A DNA stretch of 64,000 nucleotides from a bacterium. Lineage in GTDB: Bacteria > Patescibacteriota > Gracilibacteria > JAUYGZ01. A model generated the notes under the pieces. It was not told where the DNA came from. It saw nothing but the letters and a program-made list of their open reading frames with translations, and ran no database searches. The position numbers were made by a program, and so were the translations under genes. Every line of letters begins with the position of its first letter. Within the stretch, counting starts at the first letter, position 1. Location: contig JAUYGZ010000011.1 in NCBI GenBank assembly GCA_030690415.1, forward strand, positions 6,269 to 70,268, written 5' to 3'. This document shows, one piece after another, positions 33,129 to 42,500 of the stretch.

Positions 33129-33740
33129 TCAGAGTCGATGACCCACCTTCACCTTCGCGGTCTTTATGACCCTCCCTCGCATCTCATACCCCTGGGAAAA
33201 TATCTCTAGGATCTTTCCAACATCACCTTCTCCCGTCATCATCACCTCATGCTTGGCGGGATCGATCTGATCCCCCTCCTTCACTTCCATCAGACTCACC
33301 CCTTGTTGATCAAGAAAACTCTGAAACTGCCAGTCAATCAGCTCGAACCCTTTCTTCCATTCGGCATCAAGCCCCTCCGGCTCATGCTCCAGCAAGCGGT
33401 GGTAGTTTTCATAGATTTCAAGCACCTGAAGCACCAGTTTTTGCGCTGCGAAGGCGGAAAAGGATGACTTCTCTTCCTCCATCCGACGCTGAGCGTTATG
33501 AAGATCAGCTACCGCCCTCAAAGCTTTTGACTCAGCCTCGTCCTTGACTCTTGTCAGCTCCTGGATCTGCTCCTGATAGGTCTCATGTACGGTCTTTTCG
33601 TCTCCCTTCTTTAAATCCTGTATTTTTTTCACCAGATCATCTTCTTGCGTCTCCGAATTCGCATCATTCGAATCCATTCGTCCGCCGCGGCGGATGGCAT
33701 CGGAACCATTGGCATCGGAATGTTCATCTTGATCTGCCAT
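33129..33740 (-). CDS. grpE: Nucleotide exchange factor GrpE
   Basis: The protein reads RAVADLHNAQRRMEEEK......Q.LEIYENYHRLL.......W.KGFELI..QF.SFL..QGV..MEV.EGDQIDPAKHEVM.......GKILEIFSQGYEMRGRVIKTAKVKV. Confidence 0.88.
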   Translation of the reverse strand: MADQDEHSDANGSDAIRRGGRMDSNDANSETQEDDLVKKIQDLKKGDEKTVHETYQEQIQELTRVKDEAESKALRAVADLHNAQRRMEEEKSSFSAFAAQKLVLQVLEIYENYHRLLEHEPEGLDAEWKKGFELIDWQFQSFLDQQGVSLMEVKEGDQIDPAKHEVMMTGEGDVGKILEIFSQGYEMRGRVIKTAKVKVGHRL

Positions 33741-33810
33741 GTATCGCAGTAATAAAACAAAAAGCAGGCAAGAGTATAGCCATTCAACTCACCAACATCA
33801 ACCTAACTCC

Positions 33811-34530
33811 TCATATGACACCCCCCTCCAAAAACTCCCTCGCCTGCTCGAGCGCCGCCTTATTGTACGAATACCGCATCCTCATCGGACCCAAAACCCC
33901 CATAACCCCCTTCCTCCCTCCCAACTGATACCGGGTCACCAGCATGCTCACACTCTGAAACTGCTCAATTAAGTTCTCTTCTCCAATATAAACCCTCACG
34001 TCCCGATCAATCTCAAGCGAATCCAGCAAGGTCACGAATTCATTTTCCATCACCTCGACCACCCGTGAAGCCACTTCCGGATGTGCCATAAACTCCGGCT
34101 GCCGAAGCACTTTAGACAGCCCTAAAAACAAAGCATGATCATTATCGGGAATCGTGGCAAAAGCAATATTGTCGACGACCTGGGAGAGGATATCTACGCC
34201 TCGATAAACCTGTTGCCGATCCAACTTGTCCTGATACTGCTCTAGACTCTGAGCAAAAGCCGTTTTAGCCAAAATCTGCTCCTTCTTCGAGTCCTTAATG
34301 CTCTCGACAAAAAAACGGTATCCCTTGGCGGTAGGGACTCGGCCAGCGGATGTGTAGGGCTGAACAATAAGCCCCTTCTCTTCCAAACGAGCCATTTCGT
34401 TTCGAATCGTCGCCGAAGAGACCTGAAGCTTGTATTCCGTAACAATGGTCTTAGACCCCACGGGAACAGCCGTCCTGATAAAGTTATCGATAATGGCCAG
34501 GAGCAATTGTTGCTGACGGTCCTTCATCAC
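33811..34530 (-). CDS. hrcA: Heat-inducible transcription repressor HrcA (short form, 239 aa)
   Basis: The protein reads MMKDRQQQLLLAIIDNFIRTAVPVGSKTIV.EY.L.VSSATIRNEMARLEEKGLI.QPYTSAGRVPT.KGYRFFV. The C-terminus reads GVLGPMRMRYS. The start is GTG at 34530 or ATG at 34527. Confidence 0.85.
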   Translation of the reverse strand: MMKDRQQQLLLAIIDNFIRTAVPVGSKTIVTEYKLQVSSATIRNEMARLEEKGLIVQPYTSAGRVPTAKGYRFFVESIKDSKKEQILAKTAFAQSLEQYQDKLDRQQVYRGVDILSQVVDNIAFATIPDNDHALFLGLSKVLRQPEFMAHPEVASRVVEVMENEFVTLLDSLEIDRDVRVYIGEENLIEQFQSVSMLVTRYQLGGRKGVMGVLGPMRMRYSYNKAALEQAREFLEGGVI

Positions 34531-34536
34531 AATTGA

Positions 34537-34806
34537 TTATCGAATATTCCATTCTCTGATCTGTTGAACAGCAGTAATGGCCTCATCTAGAGTCAAAGGG
34601 GCGTGATCCTCCAAACAACGGGGAGCAAAGTAGGCCCACCCCATTTGGCACAAAAGAACGCCTTTATCGAGAACAAAAACCATCATCACCCCTTCATCTG
34701 ACTCCAGACTAAAAGCATCCAGCAAAAACAGTCCTGTTTGCTCGGACCCCCTCACAACAAGATCACAAAGTCGTTCGAAAACCGTTCTGATAAGCTCTTC
34801 GTTCAT
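34537..34806 (-). CDS. Hypothetical protein (89 aa), co-directional with hrcA and 6 nt upstream of it
   Basis: The ORF is intact and tightly spaced with hrcA. I recognise no family. Confidence 0.45.
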   Translation of the reverse strand: MNEELIRTVFERLCDLVVRGSEQTGLFLLDAFSLESDEGVMMVFVLDKGVLLCQMGWAYFAPRCLEDHAPLTLDEAITAVQQIREWNIR

Positions 34807-34850
34807 AAGGGGAATAAGATCAAACTCATCATATCACCCCACATTTTTCC

Positions 34851-34878
34851 TTGCAATGCCCCCAACAATCCGTAAAAT
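34851..34878 (+). promoter_or_regulatory. Sigma70-type promoter for rpsL (TTGCAA-16-TAAAAT)
   Basis: TTGCAA lies at 34851-34856, followed by a 16-nt spacer and TAAAAT at 34873-34878. The leader to the rpsL ATG is about 80 nt. Confidence 0.55.
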
Positions 34879-34901
34879 AACAAAGCTCAACCTCTGGTTC
34901 G

Positions 34902-34937
34902 CTAGTGCCTGGTTTCTGGTCACTAGTCGCCAGAAAC
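34902..34937 (+). promoter_or_regulatory. Candidate H-type pseudoknot in the rpsL leader
   Basis: Stem 1 pairs ctagtg (34902-34907) with cactag (34921-34926). Stem 2 pairs gtttctgg (34912-34919, inside loop 1) with ccagaaac (34930-34937). Confidence 0.35.
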
Positions 34938-34963
34938 AAGTAACCAAATAACCAGCAACCAGA

Positions 34964-35380
34964 ATGCCTACCATCAATCAGCTCATTCGAAAACCGCGGA
35001 CGACCAAGATCAGAAAATCAAAGTCTCCCGCCCTACAGTACCGCTGGAACAGCCTGAAACGGAAAGCGGTCACCATGAAAAGAGGAAACCCTTTTATGCG
35101 GGGAGTCTGCACGAAAGTGAGCACTATGACGCCAAAGAAACCGAACTCAGCACTCCGAAAATTCGCCAGGGTAAAGCTCACCAATGGTATGGAAGTGACC
35201 GCCTACATCGGTGGCGAAGGACACAATCTTCAGGAACACTCGGTCGTCATGATCCGTGGAGGACGAGTGAAAGATCTTCCAGGAGTTCGTTACCACGTCG
35301 TTCGAGGCCGTCTTGATTGCGAAGGCGTAAAAGACCGTAAACGTGGCCGCTCCCGATACGGAGCCAAGAAAGACGCTTGA
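34964..35380 (+). CDS. rpsL: 30S ribosomal protein S12
   Basis: The protein reads [12 protein letters not shown]......KSPAL.......[60 protein letters not shown]. It ends in TGA. Confidence 0.97.
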   Translation: MPTINQLIRKPRTTKIRKSKSPALQYRWNSLKRKAVTMKRGNPFMRGVCTKVSTMTPKKPNSALRKFARVKLTNGMEVTAYIGGEGHNLQEHSVVMIRGGRVKDLPGVRYHVVRGRLDCEGVKDRKRGRSRYGAKKDA

Positions 35381-35381
35381 T

Positions 35382-35507
35382 GAAAGACGATAAAGAGAAT
35401 AAGGACGATAAAGACGATAAAGAAAAAAACAAATACAATCATTGATACAGTTCAGCCCTCAAGACTGAACTCCTTATCATCTTTATAGTCCTTATCGTCC
35501 TTACTCC
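35382..35507 (+). repeat. 9-mer inverted-repeat element filling the rpsL-rpsG spacer
   Basis: The left arm (gacgataaa-type units) spans 35382-35423 and the right arm (cyttatnnt units) spans 35470-35507. A perfect 12-bp pairing joins 35400-35411 to 35492-35503. An alternative register gives 17 of 19 matches (35404-35422 with 35481-35499). An inner hairpin spans 35449-35471. Confidence 0.8.
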
Positions 35508-35509
35508 AT

Positions 35510-35965
35510 ATGTCCAAAAAAGCCCCCGTACACGTCCCTGACAACTCCACTGATCTGATCGAAAAGTTCGTCAACTACATCATGCTGGACGGTAAAAAAA
35601 CCACCGCCAGAAGGATTTTTAAAGAAAGCATGGAGATCATCCAGAAGCGTGGCTACAACAAACCCCAGGAAACTTTTGAAAAAGCCGTGCAAAACCTCTT
35701 CCCAACCCTGGAAGTCAAAGGAAAGCGTATCGGAGGATCGGTGTATCAGATCCCCGTGGAAGTTCGTCCAAAACGACAGCTCACCCTAGCTCTCCGATGG
35801 CTCTTGTCCTCAACCAGGGAAAAAAAGGGATCTCCCCTCTCCAAGCGCCTTGCCGATGAGATCATCGAAGCCTATGAAGGCACCGGAAACGCCATGAAGA
35901 AGAAACAAGACATCTTCAAGATGGCTCAGGCTAATAAAGCTTTCGCACACTTCGCACGATACTAA
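35510..35965 (+). CDS. rpsG: 30S ribosomal protein S7
   Basis: The 151-aa protein reads LIEKFVNYIMLDGKK..A.RIF..........G........FEKAV.N..P.LEVK..R.GG..YQIPVEV...R...LA.RW........K. Confidence 0.93.
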   Translation: MSKKAPVHVPDNSTDLIEKFVNYIMLDGKKTTARRIFKESMEIIQKRGYNKPQETFEKAVQNLFPTLEVKGKRIGGSVYQIPVEVRPKRQLTLALRWLLSSTREKKGSPLSKRLADEIIEAYEGTGNAMKKKQDIFKMAQANKAFAHFARY

Positions 35966-35988
35966 GAAAGGACATAATAAATCAGAAG

Positions 35989-36010
35989 AGCCCTCCATAA
36001 GGGCTTTTTT
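35989..36010 (+). terminator. Rho-independent terminator after rpsG
   Basis: The sequence is agccct ccata agggct tttttt (stem 35989-35994 with 36000-36005, then a T-run). Confidence 0.75.
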
Positions 36011-36011
36011 G

Positions 36012-36521
36012 TTATTCCTTTGGGTCAACTGCATAATCAGCATTGGTCTGGTTCTCCCTCTTCGTTGTCATCTGGATTCCCAAAGAACGCAACTTCGACT
36101 TAAAATCCTCAAGAGCTCCTTCAATCCTGGCAAGAGTCGCTACAATTTCTGCTTCAGAATGACCCTGAAGAGTGCCTTCCAAAATCACGGTCATGACCTG
36201 TCCCTTCTCCGGCAAGCTCAAGACTTGATTTCTCTGAAGACCAGCTTCATCGATCCCTGATGGAGCTTCTTCTCCATGATATAAGCCCTCGGAAAGCCAT
36301 TGCTGATATGCCCCCCTGCTTTGAGCCAACTCCTCATCCCCTGGGGAAACAGCAGAAAAAATTTCCTTACGCTGTTCCAAAAACACTGGGTTCACGACTA
36401 CGAACCTCTTGCCTTCAACATCAGCAGTCCGTTCTTCCAGCTTAAACTCTCCAACCAGACCACCGTTATCTATCCTATTGCCCCATTGCAAACCTTCTTG
36501 AACCATAAAAAAAAATGACAT
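36012..36521 (-). CDS. Hypothetical protein (169 aa), stop/start-coupled to the 2,053-aa gene
   Basis: Its ATG (36519-36521) shares one nucleotide with the upstream TAA (36521-36523), forming TAATG. An alternative start is Met6. I recognise no family. Confidence 0.6.
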   Translation of the reverse strand: MSFFFMVQEGLQWGNRIDNGGLVGEFKLEERTADVEGKRFVVVNPVFLEQRKEIFSAVSPGDEELAQSRGAYQQWLSEGLYHGEEAPSGIDEAGLQRNQVLSLPEKGQVMTVILEGTLQGHSEAEIVATLARIEGALEDFKSKLRSLGIQMTTKRENQTNADYAVDPKE

Positions 36522-39500
36522 TATATAGCCCTCTGCAAATGCCTCGACTGACGCTCCTTCATAATCGCATCGGCCACCTTTTCCGCCTTCTTTACCTCCT
36601 GCACATTCAGCCTGATTTCAATCTCCGTATTCCCCAACGTCACATTGCCCCAGGCCAACAAAATCTGGTACACCAGCTCCTGGCGATTCTCCCAGCTCCG
36701 GATACCGACACACTCTCTCAGTGCCGTATTCACATCAAGATCCTCAAGATTAAGAGCATTATAATCTTTGCTCTCAATAATATGAAGCAGCATTTCTTCC
36801 GTCTCGGTCGTCATGAGAGTAGGGTTGAACAACGCTCGGTTGGTCGGTTTGTGATTGGTGAAATAGGGTGTTCGGAGAGAAATGGTCTTCCCCTGTGACT
36901 CCACAAGGTGAATAACATCACTTTCCTGTCGCTCCAATAGAAGGAGGTTCCTTGCCCAGAGCTGTTCCGGAATACCTTGCTGAAAGACCGATCCGCCATA
37001 TTTGGTGGTAATAGCCTTTTGGATAACCGCGCAATGCTTTTGCAAGCGTTCATTGATACGAGGATCCCTCTGGATAAAGGAAAAGACATCCTGGGAAGCA
37101 CGGGCAGGACCACTGAATTGACGACCCTTTACCGCGAGCTGGGTATACAATGTTCCGGTGATGACCCCGGCATCTTTCATTTTTTCTCCAAAATGCCTCA
37201 AAAGAGACTCCATCCCCCTCGGATCGATGAAAGGATTACCACAATAAGTGCTCGCGATCGGATTATAGATCCGATCAAAAATGGCACGGTCCAACAGGGT
37301 TGTTTTTTGTTCTCCGTGTTCACTCCGCAGCGCAACCTGATACTGATTCTGAAAAAGATCATAGTCCGTATCTTCAATGGTCCAGGTCTGCCCACCCGCG
37401 TCTGAGAGCTTCCAAAGATCATCTTCCAGTATTGTTTGGCCCTTAAAAAGATCTCGCACCATCTGGTCAGCCTCGAAACGCTTCCCGGCAACTTCCCGAA
37501 ACTTCAAAATCCCGTTCCTGGCCTTCCCACTGGGAGACAAAAGCACGTCCCAACCGAGAAGATCATCCAACGTTTCGTGATATTTTCTGAAAAGCTCTGA
37601 TCGTCGAGAATTCTTGCTAAACTTCACACTGGCAAAAAGATTCGGCTGATCCCCACTGGTCCCCTTTTCCCTGCGATAACCCTTCGGATAGTCCTGAGTC
37701 ATGAGTGTGACAGGATTTTCTTCCTCCTGAAAAGCTCCGCCTGGAGGTTCTTCAAAATTATTAATCACATAAAACATATTTACCCGAGTCGGGCGCAAAA
37801 AAGAATTTTCATTACAGAGTCTGCTGATAGTCGTCCTGGGATTTTTCGGATGATCCTTATTGGTTTTACTAGCAGTTGATATCTTGTCTCTGAAACGTTG
37901 TTGCCAGTTTTCACTAATATCCGTCATCCGCATGAAATCTCCTGACTCAGTCCCCAGGAGATAAATCTGCCCATCGTCTCCCGTGAACAAAGAAAGCATA
38001 TCGCCCGACAAAAGCTCGATAGACTTCACCTTCCGGGCTCCTCCCCGTCCTTCAATGACCTGCTCAACCATGGCAATAATAGTCTCTGACTTCCCTGTCC
38101 CACTATCACCCGCAAGAACAAAAGTTTTTCGAAGTCCATTCTCCAGCTCAATCGTCAACGCTGATCCATGGACAGGAAGCCCGCCTATCGCCTTCACACG
38201 TTCATTCGCGTTCGTGAGAATCGGCTTCTTGAGATACCCCATGTAGTTCGTGATCTCTTCACTATCGACCCAAGACACCGGCAAAGGCGTTTTATGAGTA
38301 TCGTCATACTGATCAAAAAAGTATCCAATACGATAGTCTTCTCCCATGACCTTGGAAGGAATTCCAAGAAAGCTCACGCCATCGGGACGCAGGCTTTTCA
38401 GGTCGTCAAAAGAGACATCTGTCTGGGGAAAAAGCCGAAGCTCCTCAGCTAAATAGTGAGAGTATGAGCGATTCATCACCAGCATAAGCCGACTTGGGCC
38501 TACCTGAACCATCTTACAGACATAGTCATTCGGAGCCAAAACATTCACGAACTCCTGAAGCCGATATCGAAAATAATCCGGCTGAGGAGCATCATTCCCA
38601 TCGCCATCTCGTCGATATATCCCACGCTCAAAACCTGCCACACGAGCGGTTCCTCCTGTGATCATTTCAGGAGAAGGGTCGGTCGGCATGGTCTGTCCGG
38701 CAAACTCAGAGCGTGCTACCAGATCCCGAGCCCAGCTCGGTAAACGTGCGTCACCCGCAATCCCTCTCAAGGACTGATAGCCAACCTGAAAGGAAGGCTT
38801 CACTTTAATCCCCTTCTCCTGCTCTTCAGTCAAAAAAGCCTTTAAAAATTCATTAATAAATCCTCCAATCTTTTTCTCAGCACCCAGAAGACTATCCGCC
38901 ACATGATCGGGGTGGGTCCCCTGAGAAAACTGAAGAGCTAAAATCTTAATCGTGTCATCGCTATACCATCGCTGTGCAACCATACCGGCAATTTTCTGGA
39001 ACAAAGAAAGCTGAACATCATTAAAGTCGCGAGTATCAAACTTATCAGCAAAACGATGCGCCCCATAATAGGCAACCAGTTCATCATCTTTCAGTTTTTT
39101 CAAAGCGGGAATCCGCGCTCTCACCTGAAGTAAGTAATGATTAAAGAGATCTTGAAAAGCCCGGCTTCTCACAAATCTCTTTGCGTCCTTACAGTCAACA
39201 TTCCGAAGGGTCACGATGGTCGCGGGCGAGTCCGGCTCGATACTGGTGAGGTAATCTGACACACTGGGGCTAAAGCGTTGTATTATGGTTTTCTTAGGAG
39301 GAGGAGGGTTCTTTTTGACAGCTTCAATCAAGGGCGATTTATCTCTGAAGGCTCTTGCAAATTCAATCTCTCCTCCGGGAAACAGATCCTTAAGAGCGTT
39401 CCCAATAGGATTCAGATCCTGACTCGTGTTCAGCTCCGCCCGCTTCTCCCGAAAAGCCTTCCAGTATTTTAAAAGCAGCCGTAAGTCCGTCTCAAGAGCT

Positions 39501-42500
39501 AAGGAAAGCATTTCATATCCCTCTCTGGTCCCATCCACCATTCCACCGAAGGCAAATCGAACATACCCTTTCGGCCGGGGGACCACATCGATCTTGCGAC
39601 TCCTCGCAATAGCCTCTAAAAAAGGCTGAATAGCAGGGTCGTCCCCTTGCTCATCGAGTTTAAAACAGAAGTAAAAAGGTCCTTCCGGCTTGATGCATCG
39701 TTGTTCAATGCCGGGAAAATCTTTTTCAACCCGCTTGATAGCATCGATAGCAGCCTGGCTCCTCTTGGCAGAATCCCTCTGGGTCTGCTTATCAAGCCTC
39801 AGGTTCTTGAGGCGGGAAATCAGCATATTCGTATACTGCTTCAGATGTCTCCAGTCAGCTGCCCTAAGCTGAAGATGGTCCAAATCGTTCCGCGCCTCTA
39901 CCAAAGCCTCGTAGAGGGGAAGACAAAATAAATCAGAATCCAGGCGACAAAAGTCCTCTCCAAGAAGCGAATCGAGCACCTTCAAGGGATCTTGTATCGT
40001 AATAGCTCCCTCGAGAGCCTTGCAAGCCTTTTTTACAGCTACACCGGCCTTCAGGGTCGCCTGATCCAAATACAAAGACAGGGAGTGCGTAGCATCTCGT
40101 TGACGATCTGCAAAGACTGCAAAAGTCTCACCCTGAGGATTGGTTTCCTGGTCATTCGTCACCACCACCCCAGTCCTTCTCCCTGCTCCCATGGCCCACT
40201 TAGTGGTCGGAAGCGAAGTATAAATGGTAATAGGGTTGGAAAAACGCCCCCGATGCATTTCATAAAACTCAGAGAGGGACACATCTCCATTTTCTGCTTT
40301 GATTTCCTTCGAGACCTGCTTCCGATAGGCTTCATCCGACAAGATCGTCAAACCATACTCCGAAGCAATATCGAGAAGCTCCAGTTTTATCCGATACGGC
40401 ATGACTTTCGAGCTTGGATTGTGAGGGTCATTGATGATAAGAAGAGTACTGGAGCAGTACAGACGAAAAAGCTCAGGAAAATCAGCAAGACGGTCTTTCA
40501 TGGATTCCAATTGTTTTTTCAGGGATGAGGAGTCCAGATCCCCGGATTCATTCATCGTGAGCTGAAGAACATTTTTCGAGGGGTAGTCATCCTCACTCAG
40601 GACATCACTAAAGGTCCAGCTCACATCAGCAAGAGCGAGGTTTGGCCGGAATGATCCATGTTCGATGTCGTTCAACAGTCGCTCCAGCAGCTCCAGATCA
40701 TCTGGCTGATTCCTTCTCCGAAGCTGATCCAGCCTCCCTTGAAACAGATCGGCTCCCCCCTTCACACCCCTTCTCACCGTCCCTGAAAACCCCCGAAGAC
40801 GATTGGCGGCATCACGGAACAAGCCCCGTTCAAGCATTTTCGCCGCCTCTTCGATCCCGAACTGCTTCAGTAATTGGGTCACCTGAACCTTCAGATATCC
40901 CGGAATATTGACCCCTAAAACTTCATCCAGGTGCTGAATCAAAGACTCCAAGGTTGCTGAAGAGTTTTCAGCCGTCGAATAGAGTGTCTCGTTAACAAAG
41001 GAACGAAAAAAAGCCATCAGACGGCCTTCGGGATGTTTGTGCTGATCGATGTTCCGAATGGTCCGATGTCGGCTTTCTCGATCGGCAAATGCTCTTCTTT
41101 GGGCCGAATCCTCACTCGAAGTGCTCTCGGCATCTACCCCCCGTCGGGCTTTCAAGTGTTCGAGCCTCTCTCTTAATACTCTAAGATCATCGTATTGGAA
41201 CCGGTCAACCCCGGCCCGTGACTTCTGAAGAAAAAACTTTCCCACAAGACCGAGCTGTCGCCGACCACCACCCTGGGGAACAGACACGCAGCAATAACCC
41301 TTTCCTTCGAGAGCCTTAAAAAAATACTGAAAGGTAAGGTTGCTGGTGTTCTCACGAAGTTCTGCTTCCATCCCTTCAAGATCTTCTCCGCTCTTCACTC
41401 GACGAAGGAAGTTTAAAAAATCCAGAAAACCCTTGAGACACAGGTAATCCTTCTGAGCCGTCATTTGCCATTCTTGCTTTCTTATCCGTTGGGGGTCTGC
41501 TACATGAACACCCTCTCGCTCATATTGCTGCATCTTTTTCTGAACCGCTTCCTGGAGTTCTCTCAGATCTTCGTAGGAAAAATACTGGAGCATTCTTCTC
41601 ATATTCATCTGCGTATTGGCGGGTGTTCCGGAATCCTTGATATGAAATTTCTCTAAATGATTCTTGATCTCCGGCTGAATAGTCGCCACAAAACACATAC
41701 TCGATCCCCTGGCATTCGGTGATTCATCCACGATGACAAGACGCCCGATGACCCCCTTCCACTTCTCCAATAGGATATCGCTACTCAAAACATTATGAGA
41801 AACCGATTGCAGCCTGACGACAAAAAGACTTTTTTTATCCGCCTCCATTTTTGCAAGCAAATCATCATCAAGAGCATGGCAGGTCTCATTCAAAGGTCTG
41901 CTCCCGTTGGCATACTGGCTCAGAAGATGTTCTTTAATGAGCCGAACAGCTGTATCCGCAGTGCCAGATATCGTGACTTTTTTGAAACCTCTTAGTCCTT
42001 CGAAATTGACAAAGTCAGTCACTTCCGACTCAAAAACAGCTCTTTCAGATGTCGTTGTGTAATGTGTACTCTGCTCCACCATCTGTGAAACAAGACCCAA
42101 AAATCGGTCAAAAACAACCCCATCGACCGAAAGGAGATTTCGAAATTCAGAGATGCTCCTCAGTCGTCCCCCAAAAACAAGATGCTCAATGGTCTCAATG
42201 CCTTGTGGGGTGATCGGGGGGGTTCCAATTGAAAACTTATACTGCAGCAATGCCTCTGCCTCCCGGGGGCCAACCGTTAGTCCCTCCGAGCCATTGCCGT
42301 GAACGACCCTCCCAACAACCCTTCTCAGTTCTTTTTCAAACTCATTACTCTCATTGACAATGCGAAAAACAGCACCCTGATTCGCCTTTGATATGATTTG
42401 ATTGATGTATTCACGATCAATCTTTCCCAACAGAAGTTCACAAATTCTCTTCCTTCGCTCCAATAAGGGAAGAAGGCTGCTGAGTTTTTCATCAGTATCT

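Noticed and set aside
34902-34926. The inverted repeat CTAGTG-N13-CACTAG, considered as a possible CIRCE or HrcA operator for the divergent hrcA operon.
   Set aside because: The half-sites do not match TTAGCACTC/GAGTGCTAA. The repeat lies downstream of the rpsL promoter, so I interpret it as leader RNA structure instead.
35380-35445. A micro-ORF overlapping the rpsL stop (TGATG), encoding [21 protein letters not shown]. The repeats also translate to FLAG-like DYKDD strings, which could hint at an engineered tag.
   Set aside because: The D/K-rich reading follows trivially from the GAYGATAAR unit. No exact FLAG sequence (DYKDDDDK) is present, and the other loci have no start codon in that frame. 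I treat it as repeat DNA, not a gene or a construct.
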